Below are positions 49,701 through 62,583 of a DNA stretch of 64,000 bases, in pieces. The stretch is from Tubiluchus corallicola (Eukaryota > Animalia > Priapulida). Location: the NCBI GenBank assembly GCA_030141605.1, contig JAQGDQ010000449.1, forward strand, positions 62,001 to 126,000. Reading direction: 5' to 3'. Under the pieces are notes generated by a model. It saw nothing but the letters and a program-made list of their open reading frames with translations, ran no database searches and was not told the DNA's origin. Numbering within the stretch: position 1 is the first letter of the stretch; each line of letters starts with the position of its first letter. The position numbers and the translations under genes are program-made.

Positions 49701-50735
49701 TTGGCTAAACTCAACTGAGCTAAATTCGCTAAACAATTTACATGACGGGAAACTTTTTCGCTAAACTGGGGTTACCGAATTTTTTTCTGTCATTTTGTGG
49801 CACAAAATGATCAGGAAATTTTTCGACGTTAAATTAGTGTTGTTTCTGAAGCCAAAGATCATGAAAATTACGGAAACAAAATACATAAGTGTATTGCAAA
49901 AACATTTTATGTGATATAGACTTACATAGATCATCCAAGCGCGATATCTTTGCCTTAAATTGTGCAATACAGATGCATCGTTCAAGTAGGTCAAGTTTGC
50001 CATATCCTCTGTTTTCTCGAATTTGGGAGGATTTATTTGCTGTACGTGATCACTCTTTAGTGTTTTTTCCTAAAAAGCACGAGTCTGTGAAACCAGTCTT
50101 TGCTGTTTAGCATTCACTTGAATAGTAGTTCAAAAACCAGTACAAACATATTGAAATTCAATATTCATAAGCTGAGAAACGACTATACTTTTGTTATTGA
50201 AGAAACTCAGTAGACCTATATGTCTGTTACTTGTGAATGCTGAGAATAAGCTTTTTTCAAATTTTGAAGTTACTTAGAGTATTCAAAATATATACATAAT
50301 TAAAGCACACAGTGTTTGTGAGCAGCATTGAATTAATCATTGTTAACTCGGCGCTTCGGCGTTTCTCAAATCAATCGTACGAGTAACATGTTGTTTAATT
50401 CAATAAACTTTGTGATCAACATATATTTGTAAAAGAAATGCTCGAAACAATTTATACTATCGCTTATAATTTCGACCAAACTCAAACACTTGAGCTGTGA
50501 CTGCAAAACCTACCTCCCCCTTAATCGTTATGGTCGTCATGTCTCCTTTGACCTCTTTGATGTCAGCCAAAACGTAGCCTTCTTTGGCGTCCGGTGCCCA
50601 GCACATGGACTTGGCATCAAACGGCATATTCATTGTTTCGATGACCATCTTCTCGCTGGGCTTCAAGAACTGCCATGGGTCCTGCTGAAGGAGCTCCTTG
50701 GCGCCCCATTGAAGGGGTAGAGCATGTGTCAACAT
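37658..50735 (-). CDS. Mhc: Sarcomeric (striated-type) myosin II heavy chain, paralog B; 17 coding exons per isoform, 1957 aa, one mutually exclusive exon pair
   Basis: Exons (minus): 50735-50514, 50069-49926, [49188-49032 or 48538-48382], 47232-47205, 46854-46740, 46286-46194, 46052-45890, 45022-44919, 44575-43997, 43868-43485, 43319-43114, 42743-41897, 41652-41018, 40700-40622, 40350-39905, 39756-38130, 37702-37658. Total 5874 nt, all GT-AG. Exon lengths match paralog A apart from the two extra introns and the C-terminus. Ends [14 protein letters not shown]. Confidence 0.96.
37930..38046 (-). mobile_element. tRNA-derived SINE head in the last coding intron of Mhc-B
   Basis: A-box TGGCCGAGTGC (38034-38024) and B-box GAGTTCGAGAC (37992-37982), 31 nt apart, followed by CTCGTTGCGTCCTT (CORE-like). 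No intact cloverleaf. Confidence 0.6.
40528..40571. repeat. (ATC)n(GTC)n microsatellite in an Mhc-B intron
   Basis: Directly visible. Related (ATC)-rich tracts lie at 46322-46392, 44666-44820 and 14755-14815. Confidence 0.9.
45183..45812. mobile_element. Non-autonomous DNA transposon (MITE), copy 2, in an Mhc-B intron
   Basis: Collinear, diverged homology to 17483-18305. Ends AAAATTGAGTCCTGTTCCC followed by TTTCAA, which is reminiscent of TTAA-targeting Kolobok-type ends (inference). Confidence 0.62.
48357..48371 (-). repeat. (GT)7 tract 10 nt downstream of the exon 3b donor
   Basis: The pre-mRNA reads |GTGAGTAAGG GTGTGTGTGTGTGTG CCCCCTCTCCC. Confidence 0.85.
48382..48538 (-). CDS. Mhc: Mhc-B alternative coding exon 3b (mutually exclusive)
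   Basis: 157 nt with atgtag| acceptor and |gtgagt donor. Encodes [52 protein letters not shown] plus 1 nt. Confidence 0.93.
48657..48934 (-). promoter_or_regulatory. Nested inverted repeats (predicted pre-mRNA stem) in the intron between exons 3a and 3b
   Basis: 48660-48680 AATCTGTTTTAAAATGTGCCA pairs with 48911-48931 TGGCACAGTTTAAAACGGATT (19/21 complementary, 21/24 when extended). An inner perfect 12-bp pair is formed by 48723-48734 AGCAAACTGTAG and 48884-48895 CTACAGTTTGCT. Confidence 0.65.
49032..49188 (-). CDS. Mhc: Mhc-B alternative coding exon 3a (mutually exclusive)
   Basis: 157 nt with ctgcag| acceptor and |gtgagt donor. Encodes [52 protein letters not shown] plus 1 nt. Confidence 0.93.
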
Positions 50736-51391
50736 CTTGCTAATCCGGACCTAAACTCTTGGACAATGAGCTGCGGACACCAACGTCTACGAACAGCCGA
50801 CCTATACTTAAAAGAAAAACAAAATAAGTTTTAAACATTATTACCAAAAACACAGTGTACAAAACAAAAACAAGTTTCTCTTGAGATTACCTGTAGTGAG
50901 AGTTCAACAGAAGGAATAACTTCACGAAACCGACGTTAACATTTCGACACTCGACGTAGGCTTGTCTGTCAACTGTGTGTGCATCTGTTCTGGATATTTC
51001 ATTTACAGATATACCTGCTACTAAACGCAAAAACGTATTTTTGCCATTTCGCAAGTTATCCACTACAATTCCACTGCAGCTCAGTTTGCACCGAAAATAC
51101 TATTTTTTTCCTTTAATAAATATTGCACAAAAGTAATGTAACACACCGCTGAACTATTCCTAATTATTTATAAATTGTCTAATCTTGACTGTTTAACAAT
51201 TAAGCAAACATCGTGAATTAGCTCACTTATTCATTTAGTGAACGGGATAAAATAAATTATCCAATACTTTTTCACTACAGAACATTCAGATTGCAGTTAT
51301 GCAATAATATAACTATTATATTCTAGTAATTCATATGCTAAAAGCGTGTTAGCCAATTATAAGTAAAGCACGTTATAATACTCATACTTAC

Positions 51392-51545
51392 GTTTAGTCC
51401 CGGCTATTCTATCAGCCTTCAAATCATCCTCCGTTTTATACCATTCGTGACAGAAACACGAGACTTCATCTGTTGCATCTAACGAGTATCCTGATTGGAT
51501 GGCAGCTCCCCAGTTCATTCTCATCCCGCTTATCTAAACCAATAG
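51392..51545 (-). promoter_or_regulatory. Candidate core promoter and tiny non-coding first exon of Mhc-B
   Basis: On the minus strand: CCAAT boxes near 51494-51498 and 51539-51543 in opposite orientations, TATAAAA at 51440-51434, a T|A start 30 nt later at 51410, and a consensus donor GTAAGT at 51391. A second donor CAG|GTAATC is at 50890 and an acceptor near 50801-50806 precedes the ATG exon. Confidence 0.55.
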
Positions 51546-52778
51546 AAAAAGTTCTTTCTCACAGACACTAAAACATTTCCTTTTGAGCAGTGCGAAGGAG
51601 GAGAATCGAGTGTCTATTTTACTCGGAGAGTTAAAAATGTTCTAGGCTATTGCTATACTACACTTGCCATAATTGAAGTATTTATGATGAGCAAATGCAG
51701 GAAAGCCGGCTGTGCAGACTTGCATGCTGAAGCCAGAGCATAAGAGCAGAAAAAGTTTAGCGCTTTTGTCAGAAAAGAAGCATCGAAGGGTAAAAAGAAA
51801 AAAAATCGGTTTAAGTATTTCTTTTTTAGCACAGATCGCACAAACAGAAACAATTAGCGCGCCTATGTGTTTTGCCACTTATTATATGCTTTAAAAACAT
51901 TGTAGCTCAATAATAAAATGATACAGTTAGCCGACTATTACATTTAACTTGTTAATTAAAGACACAAAACTTGAAACTTCTGAATTCGTTTTGAATAGGT
52001 GTAGTGTGAATTTTATGTACAGAAAAATTTAGGACAAATAAGTCTACTGCACGTAAACATTTCATTTAAGCTGAAAAAATAAATTCTTGGAATGAAACTA
52101 ATATTTATGTTCTTCATGGAAAGTTAAGCCAATTTAAAGTTGTTTACTGTAATAACCGATTGCAGTTATAAGTTTAATTGAATCCATCGGCTGCCAACAA
52201 CTCCACTTTAAAAACCCATTTGGCTTCCAAGAAGGAAAGCTGCTGACATAAAAAATTTACAACATTTACGCTTAAGCCCCTGATAACGTTTACGGCGTTT
52301 TTATTTGCTTTAATTCATACAGTTTCAAAAAGCTTGCTATGGCAATTCCAATAAAATTCAAGTCTGAAAATCAGCATTTTAAGTCATGAATTAAATTTAT
52401 CATTCATGCTTTTAGTTTCTGAGTGTTAATGAATTTCTAAAAACCAAAGTGACAACATACGAAAACTGGCATGAAGCTTTCAAATGTATAAAGTTTTAAA
52501 AAGCTTTTTGGCCGTGTGTGTATATGTTCAAGTGTCACTGTACGATGTAACGTACGAATAAGCATACTCATTGTCATTGTAATCCATTAATTATCAGCAG
52601 TTGGCACATACCAATGAACATTTTTTGCTGGTTTAAACAAGGATATAACCGCGAGTAATTTTTTAAGACTGTGAGACCTTTTAGTGTATTTGACTCTGCT
52701 AGCATCATAAGATGAACGCTGAATACACTTAAAGTTTTAATTAAATATGCCGAATTCTCTTTTTTAAAACCTCTCTTT

Positions 52779-52797
52779 TATATATATATATATATAT
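52779..52797. repeat. (TA)n microsatellite
   Basis: Directly visible. Confidence 0.9.
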
Positions 52798-55700
52798 GAT
52801 AATTGGAAAGTCTGTTCACTTGCCGTGAACTTTTAAGCGTATCTAGATAATTTAAAATGCTTTATGCACACTTTACTACCTAATCGCCAGACTGCAATAC
52901 AACTCACAACACTTGCCTGCCCCAAAACAAAACAACATCCCCGTCATGCCACTTAAACCTTATAAACTAACACAAATCTTAGCTTCCCAGTTCCAGGAGA
53001 TTTCCTGGTCTATCCGGTTAAACCAAGCGTGCAAACATTTGCTGGGCATGTGTTGGCGGAGGAGGAAAAACTCATCTGGCAGTTTTCTTCCGCAATCATC
53101 AGGCATGCTGTGATGTTTCTGTCATGGAGGTAGACCAGCTCGCAAATGAGAAAATAACTACTGCTAGTTTATTTGATATACGAGAACGCTGAGGTCAGAT
53201 TTATTTACTGGTGAAAGAAGCCTCTATTCAACCAAACGTTTTACAGCAGAAAAGAACTATGATGTGCCACAAACCCGTAAACATGTTGCGTGCGATTTAG
53301 CATTTATAACTTACTCTACAGCTTCACGAAACATGAAATAACTTTTCTTTTACAAGTTTCCTTTTTTCCAGATATATCAATCCTATAAGTTCAACTGGCA
53401 AATAAAGCATTAAAACTAATGAGTTTTGTTAATATTTTTCATCACTTTATTAAATGGTTTCATGCATTGTTTACATATCAGAATAATATAGAGTTTGAAA
53501 TCTCTTTAGTTTATACTATTTAAGCATAATTCGCCATTGTTTTTAGCTATTTATAAAGCAAAATCTGATCCAGGAAAATCTTTGATAGCAGGATACCTAA
53601 GCTTTCTTTATTTTTTACGATTCTTCTGCAGCGCGTTATCGCAGAAATAAGTCACAGATAACTGCTATTTTTCTAGCCCATTCAACATATATCCTGCTAC
53701 TAGACAGATAGGCAAGCAGGCAGGGTGGAGAGGATCAACAAGTAACTCAGTTATTATAATAATTACTGCGTTACTTGAATCAGAAAACAAGCCTGGGTTA
53801 ATCAGATAAAAGACGTTAGTGCTATCCTAAGCGCTTGAGTTATATTCACTTACATAAATTTGTCGGCAGTCAGCCCTATCCAGTAACACAGAAATGTATT
53901 TTTATCTGCAAGCAGGGTTTTGCTACTATGCGATTTTAACGCGAAATTCAACGCTTCAGCTCTTTTCTTGTCTTGTTTCAAGGTGACTGAATATTCCTGA
54001 ATACTCACTGCTTCAACAGATTGTTTTATAGATTGTTTCCTTTTTTCCTGTTCCATCGAGGGACTATCAATTGTTTCATTATGAACACCACTATGAACGA
54101 AATAGGTGCATATTTGTTTAAGTTAGAACACTTGTGTTTTCAGTTGTTTTGTTTTGTTATCAAAAGCTATGTGATCAACTAAGAGATCGCTACCATTTTT
54201 GGGAACTGGTTGCCCAACCATCATGCTTTTAAATTTGTGGTCAGAAAAGCAGACGATACTGTAAATTGTAATTAATGCTGTTTGCAGTTTTTTAAGTATT
54301 GTTTTGACTATCTACTGGATTTTTTATATGATTTCTGTGTGTCAGCTGCATTAAGTCCAAACTTGCAGTGTTGCAATCACTGTGCTGAATGCAAAGATAC
54401 ATATGGAGAAACTCCGACATTTTTAACAAAAACATAACTTGTCAGCCTAGTTTCTGTCTACTTTAACTGATCTTTTTAAATTTACCAATTGTTTGACCTT
54501 TCACTTTTCACAAAAATGGAATTCACAAAGGTTTAGATATAAGTATTTTTAAACTACCGGATTATATTAAAAAGTATTGAAATAAATTGCCTAAAGCTAT
54601 TGATCACTATAACAGTGATGGGCACCATCTTCAGTCATCCACTCAGTAAAAATGTGATCTAACTGCAATTTGTATTAACGTTGCCAAAGTTGGAGCGGCA
54701 CATTTTACATTTTAGCCTCTATCAGACATATACTCGTTCCCGAAGTAATCCAAAATTTTGTGTTAGCATTAGGTTTTTGTCACCTCTATTACGCTTAAGA
54801 AGTAGAGCACAGGGTGCAAAACTTTTGTGAAAACTAACACCCCACTAAAATCTGCCCGTGATAGGCGCTACAAGGTAAGCAAGTTTGGTTGCCTATAAGA
54901 CTGGCTATCTTAATACAATTTTACCAAACTCTAAATCTTTCTCTTCCTTCCTTTAATCACTTTCGATTTAACTATTTTTTGTCTCAACGTTTCTTTGCAG
55001 GCAACTCGGTTTTTCTAAGTCCTGTATTAGGCTTAACAAATCTACAATATGCAGTAAAAAATTTTACTTATTAAAGATCCGATTTATTGAAAAAGACAAC
55101 ATACGAAATCAGGATATGAAATGAAGTAGTTTTTAAACTTGCTAGCTAGCACTTTCACACACATCTGTTTTTCTTTTGTTTTAGACAATTATAATGTTAA
55201 ACTTACTGCACGTTTTATGGGGAGTGACGTCATTAGACTGCATTCTCGTAATCCAAGTGCAGCGGAAATCATAACGAGCTTTAACACAGCTCAAATTATA
55301 ATGAAAAAAGCGTTCACGTAATGTCAACATTCTCCGGAAAAAAGAAATAGCTGCGTAAATAAAACGCTTTGTAAAGCATGAACACGTGAAGGTGTTATTC
55401 TGCATTATAAATACGTCTCTCACAAAAACTTTATTCATAATTCTACGATCGATGAAAAATGTTTAATTTTGTCTTTAGTATTTAAAATGACGAGCGTGTT
55501 ATCAGAATTCTGAGTCAAAGGTTAATGCGCGTCTCACTTATAATTATTAAATGATTTAAGACAGCATATAGAACACGAAAACATCTCTTCCAGTAAGTTT
55601 TCATCGGCATTCTTACAGAAGAAAAGAAATACATAACGATTCAAAGCAACCCGTCGCTTTTATACCTACCCCACCTTGTGCTTATCAACAATAGCTAGGC

Positions 55701-58700
55701 AGAGGATAGGTGGCTATTTAAAGCTAAACGTTTTCTAGCCACAACCCACGTTTGCTTGGTTTGCTTAGCATTGTAAGTAAAACAATCAGCCAGAATGCGG
55801 GAAGCCATTATAATTGTACAGCTGTTTGGCTTCTTACAGAAAAATGCAGAGGGAGAAGAGGGGATCTGACCACCAGTAAAAGAAGAAAATAAAATTGTTA
55901 AAGCAAACAGTGAAACAAGCAATTATTTAAAGCTAAAAAATAAAGCGTCAAAATCCAAACTTTCTAGTTTAAGGTTATATTAATTATTATAATTATTATC
56001 GAATCGTTTTGTTAAAATGCCTAAGAAAAACACAAAACTATTGTGGTACAGAAACAAATCACTAAAATTCGGAAAAGGCCACCTACCTCTGGAAGAATTA
56101 ACTGCCGATGAAACATGCGAAGCGTTAAGTACTGGACAGGAATTTTTGTATGTTTCTTTTTTTGATGGGCTACTAAGGCTATCCATATATAATTACAAAA
56201 ATTCTGACTTACCAAAACAGAATCAAACCCCAGGTAAAATATAACTACAGTAGAGGAAAGTTTTCTGGAAATATGATCCAGACAACAATGCTACCAGTGT
56301 TATTGCAATTAATGATCATTCTACACTGTCCAACTGCCCGCTCCATATTATCCAGCGTTTACATTTATTTTGGCGATTCTGAGCCTATGAGCAAGTAAAC
56401 AAGCAAGTAAGTAAGTAAGCAGTCAAGCAATATAGTTGTTATCTTAACACTTTTTACGTTTATTAATGATTTCAATTCTGTAAAACTTGATCATTTAATG
56501 AGAAATATTTAATTTGGGTTTGATAACCGAGATAAACATTAATCTTGACGTACATTAGAATAGGTAGATTTTTTGCAAGTTGCAACATATTACCTGGTGC
56601 AAACGCAACATAATAAATATGTAAACGTATATTTGTTGTTATCTTCTACAGTCGTTACGTCAGAAAAACCTTACAAGACTGAAACAGTAAAAACTTTCCT
56701 AGCAAAAACTAAGTAATGCGTGCAATACAAAATTTCCAAATGTTTCGCGCAATGAATTAACTTAGACCATGTAAATCTTCTTGTACTTTTATACTTATCA
56801 TTCAGCGAAAACTTAATCCAGATGTTAGGCTGCTATCAGTTACTAAATACCATCAACTAAAAGCATCTTTTAGTTGCCTTTTAGTCAGTCTGGGTGGCCA
56901 CTCACTATCACATAGCCACGCCATTTGTCAGCCAATTTCGTTGCAAAATATGAACCCGTTTACTTGCAACCTGCCTTGAATTAAGTTCAAAAACAAAACA
57001 AATTGCCCCTATTTCAAATACTCCAAGAGCAAGCTTCGCTACATTTGCTATCTGTTTATTTTTACTAAGTTTAATTTTTGGACACCTGTAGTTTCAAAAC
57101 GCGATCAATTTCAGACGTCTCGTATACTGTGGAAGCTCTGCTTATTTCTTTAGCGGTTGAGTCAACAGTCTTCCAGCTTATTCTTGCTTAAACAAGCCTC
57201 GTTATTGCTCTCCCAATAAAGACTGTAAAATGAAAGCGTTTTAGAAAGACGAACATCGAGATGATAAATTGATAATAACCAAAAACTTAGTCTTTAGGTA
57301 TTTCTTTTCCTGAAATCGTTTTTACACACACTGTTAATTAATAATATCTTGTACCGTTTTAAAAGGTATAATAAAATTTATGTTAACCCTGGTAAAAAAT
57401 TCTTAAAGGAATGATGCACCGTATACGTTTACTAAACAGGAATATAATAAATAAAGTTTGATCACATTATCTTTGTTACAATTCGCGTGTTTAGAAAAAT
57501 GTTTAATTGAATTCAAAGCAATCATTCTGTAATTTTTGTGAGTATATAACGAACTTACAACTATGTGTATTTTTGTGCACTAGGACTATAAAACACTCCT
57601 GCATGGCCGACCAGAACATATACTGGAATGATATGAAAAGATGGAGTTTTCCAATAAAAAAATCGTACAACCCAAAAAAGTTGGTTCAATCTTCAGAAAA
57701 GTACAACAGAACACTGAAATGATGAGTGACTTGATTAACTTAAAGTTTTATTTCAAGTTTAACTTAAAAATTGACCCAAAGCAGCTATACCATCACCCAT
57801 GCAAAAATTCCAGTGAAATGTTTTTCCTCGTATTAGACGTTGTGCGTAGTGACATTCCTATCCTCTTTTCTCTTCACTTCCTCGCCTCTCCACTCTTTTT
57901 ATTTTTTCTCTTTTTCCTCTACTCCACTGTTCTTACTCTGTTCTCTTAACTTTCCAAGGGACGATGTACCAGCTTTGACGCTGCAGTAGAAGCGATAGTA
58001 ACATCTGACATCTGTTAACACTTGCATTGATGTTCCACTACTAGCAACAGCAGTGACAACACTAACCATGATGACGACGACGACAGCAAATCTCAGCAGC
58101 GAGCAAAACCGTGGACGAGTTCAGTACATGACTGCTTTTAGACCTTATTGCCCATGAATGTGCGTCTAGTTTTATCAAAAGGCCTTTTCAATGCATCTCA
58201 GAAGTTATTGTTTTTTCTCGTTTCGTTTAAAAAGTCTATAGTATTAATTACAGACAGTTCTTTGTGTGTGTCCGGGATATGTCGTTTAGAACGCACTTCA
58301 CATTGCTGTGAATCCTTTTTTCCGTAAAAATTTAGAATACGAACGTCATGTAATAAAAACTGGCTGGAATCTTATTACACGAACAATGAGAGCGAAAACG
58401 AGGACAAGACGGACATCACGGCAAAATATATTGCTTACTAGCGCATGCGAGTAAGCCAAAAAATATTCCTATTGTACAAGACTGCTTCAACGTTATGGTT
58501 CATTCATTGTTCCAATTCGCAAAAAAATTTTGGTGTATTTCTGAAAAGCTTCTAACTTTAAGAAAAACTTTAGAAAAGCTTTTAACTTAGACAGTCAGAT
58601 GATAACTTGTTAATTAAACTGGAGGCTTATGGAATATCTGTGTTTTTACAAATAACTTCAATAGTTTTCCACATACTAGAGATTCGCTTAACAGACGCCA

Positions 58701-60911
58701 GCGCAATACTAACTCGATTCCACTGATTTGAAACGAGCAAAGTGTTAACCCTGATGCCAAAACGCATCGCGAAATCAAAACATGGCTTCTCATGTTACGC
58801 ATGGTGAAGCTCACTTATGTAAATGTCGCACTTGGTGATTTCGTTGATTAGTAACATGAGTGTGAACAAGCTGACTTGCTGACAAACATGGGCAGGCTAA
58901 AATAACGAAACAGATCTTAATGGCTGATGACTGATGTGAAAAGAAATCGACTGAAGATCTCAGTGCTGTCATATAGTGGTAACAATAGATTGTGGGGGCA
59001 TCCGCTATAGCTTGCATAGCAGTAGATTTTTTTTCTATTTGTTTCTAAAGCATTGACGTTTTACTATGAAGTGACATGAAGAAAAGTTTGAACTGCTATA
59101 TCGTTATAACGTCACAAGCTGTCAAGCTATTACACTGCACGTCGCTTCTTGAACATAAAATAGGAAAAAATTCTGTTATAACCACCGAACTCCGTACATA
59201 ATCTTATCGCTTGCAAAAGTATGCAAAGGTCATTTGCGCAAGTGAATTGCAATACAATACTCAAACACGTATGCAGCATTTGGCGCAGCTGGGATACGCG
59301 GCATGATCTACTCAGTTACATGGCTTTGTGGCAGGAAGGGGGCGTAGCATATTATCATCGATGATATTTGACTATACATATTTGATTAAAAAGGCTGTTC
59401 ACTGGTAGAGAAATCATACCTACATACGTACATTCTCTCTCAACATCCATGGGGCAGTATGCCGTGCAAAAAAACCATTTAATAAGCATTTTTCCAACAG
59501 TCATCCATTCATTTAATGATCTATGTTGTTATTTTTGTCTCGACTATAAAACGCGTGAAATGAATAAGTGTGTGTGCTGCTGTAGAACTGTATCCCAATG
59601 TAGTCATAAATATTTGAGTACATAAGCTTAACTTCATGTCTTTACCTTCCTCTAGAATCTTAATGACAATAAGCTTGCACTAGTAAAGGAATCATAAAAT
59701 CAATTTTAATTCTGACACTTTTTTGTTCTTATTTAAAACTATGACGTAGTTGATCTCAGTTTTAGTATTTTATCTGAATAGTTAAAAAAGTAGCACCAAG
59801 ATTACAAATTAAAATCAGAAATCTGTGTGAATAGCACGTCATAAGACATTAGAGCACGTCAAAGCACGTCAAAGTAGAAGTCGTGACGTGAGGTTTTTAT
59901 AACGAGCTAATTGAATTTAGCTGTTTAGGCGCAAAGGGCTTCCTAAAAGTTTTAATTTGCACTCTGAAACCGCACAGGTTTCTCTCATCAGCGTCTTCTC
60001 GTGCCACCAGCTAATGACTAACAAATAACTTCAATTAACCCTTGCGCGCCGCATGTTTAACTCTCAGTGAGCTTTCAAGGGTGTCACTATTCATTTATTA
60101 ACTTAAAAGGAATAAAAAATTTACCAACACACTTATAATGATAAACCGGAACCTTAATAACTAGCATATAACTTTTGACAAGCTGTTCAACTTTTGTTCC
60201 ATATAGTTTTCATTTCTCCTAGTAGTAAATAGCTTAATTATGATTGAAGACCAGTCCTGAAAGTCAGATAATCGCAGGTCAGATGATATATTTATGAAGA
60301 CAAGGTAGGGCAAGGTAAAATGAGCCGAAAATTGCCAGAGATTGAAATAATTAGCGTTGGCCATTTTTGCAGTAATTAGTAACTAATTATGTTAATTAAC
60401 AACTTATGTCAGGCACTCGAATTTACACTGCACATGTTAATACACAAATGTTCAATGTATTACAGCTGCAGTTACGTATTAGCGTAGAGAAACCATAGTT
60501 ACAAGCAAAAGTGCAATTCGAAGAGTGACTTGAAAGACAACTGTGGACTGTTCGTTTTAGTTAGTTAGTTTGTTTGTCTAGTTGTTGGTTTATTATTTAT
60601 TTGTTCGTTCTTCTATTTGTTTTTTGTACGTGCACACATGTCTATGTTTTTAAGCTTTTTGTTAGCTTTTTGTTCGCCTGTTTGTTAATTCGTTCGATTG
60701 CTTCTTCATTTGTTTTTTCCTAATTCGCTCTTTCGTTCGTCCGTACGTTCGTACAGTCGTTTCGTTCCTTTGCTTGTAATATTTTTTGTAACCATAATAA
60801 ATTGGTTTGAAATCGGCTGTGGAACGTTTGTTTTGCTTGCTCGTCTATCTGTTTGTCGGTCTGACTACCGCTCATCCACTATCCATCCACTTAGTAAAAG
60901 GCTGCTTGGAT

Positions 60912-62583
60912 GAGTGTGTTTGGTCAGTTACAGGGGTTTCGGGCACATGGGTTTTCGACAAGCTATTTCGACACAAACATTTTGGACATGTAGTTTATTA
61001 ACACACAGAAAATTTGGGGAACATGGGTCATTTGAACATAGGCTATTTTTACTGGGAGTTTTAAACACACGAATCACTTGGACACTTTGGACATTTGCAT
61101 ACAAGGTAATTTGGACATACAGGTCATTTAGACATATAGGCCATTTGGACGTATAGGACATTTGCACGCAATATAATTTTGACACATAGAACATTTAGAA
61201 ACAAGGTGATTCGGACCCCTACGTTATTTAGACACTTAAACTGTTTATACATTAGGGTTTTGACAATATTTGTTTTCCACACAGGATGTTTAGAAACGTA
61301 AATAATTTGGATATATTAACTGTTTACACACCAAAGGTAACATTTGGATTCAAGGAGATCGTACTACTTAGCAACATTGGTTATTTAACTATAGCCTGTT
61401 CTTGGAGATGGGTGAATTTAAATCGATCTTTGCGACATTCAAGGACTTCTTAATGTCTAAAAAACCGTAGATCAAACAAATGATATATTATCTATTTTGA
61501 AAGCTTCTTTTTCACGCTGCCTCGAATCCAACTCCTGAACAGTAATTGCAGTCTCCGGGTTAAAAAGAACTATTCTTACTTAAGAATAGTAAGGGGGTTT
61601 TCATAGCAAGCAGTTATCCGGATGCAGTGACTGTAACTGTGACAGGTGCGATTAACACGGCGATTGTGACGGATACGGCGACATTTTTAACTGTAACTTT
61701 TCACGCTGAACTGAAAAACCGAAATCTGTATGATGGTATAAATAGCATAAGCTGTTTAGCTGTTAATTAAGACTAAAATAATGATCAGCATCGGCACGAG
61801 AAGGTTTTCCTATAAGACGTTTCTTTACAAATTAGCAAAATGGCTATAAAAAACTTTCTAGTTCGTACAGTACATTTGTCATTTGATAACGAATTTTCCC
61901 GGACTCAGCCGAAGTTGCATCAGAAAATAAGTAAAATTCGGCGTTCTCGCCACAGCTATACTTAAACCGATATAAGAACTTTTTATACTGGGATATACTG
62001 GTGAGGTATGTGTCAAACTCGAAGAATATTAATTTTTTGCCAATCAGCGCAAATTTATGTTTCTTGCACTTTTTAAATATCCGCGCATAACACGAATCGT
62101 GCTGAAATCTGCGAATGCAGCCAAACCAACTATGACTCTTTACTCATTAGCAAGAGGTCAGATGAGAACAGTCAGTAGCAACATGTTATAATTTAAACCC
62201 GCACGATATGACAGTGGCTGCATTTTTCACAGGAATTCAGTATATTATAATGAGTGAGAATTACAATAAGTGTCAATGCAGTAATAGCCTTGTGTTCAAA
62301 TTACATGTGTCCAAATAGCCAATGTGTTCAAAATACCACCCCCACCCATATGTCCAGATGTCTCGCGTCCAAATTACATGTGTCGAAATGGCCTTCTTGT
62401 ATCCAAATGACCTATGTGTCCAAATGTCTTGTGTCCAAATTACCTATGTGTCCAAATACCGATATCTTTAAAGTCACCTTGTGTCCATGTAACATATGTG
62501 GCCAAAGTACCTTGTGGCTAAATGACCAGTGTCCCCCAAATGTTTTGTGGCAAAACGTCCTGTGTCAAAATGACTGCACACCG
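60912..62583. mobile_element. Foldback-like element: two inverted arrays of a ~19-bp minisatellite around a ~0.9-kb core
   Basis: 60912-61350 has units like CATTTGGACACATAGGT. 62283-62583 has the reverse-complement units (ACCTATGTGTCCAAATG) and ends GTGTCAAAATGACTGCACACCG. Confidence 0.6.

Noticed and set aside
52805-52846. Helitron-like 3' end (GTTCAC..GTGAAC hairpin then CTAG)
   Set aside because: The hairpin is only 6 bp, the next base is not the expected T, and no 5' end or second copy is seen.
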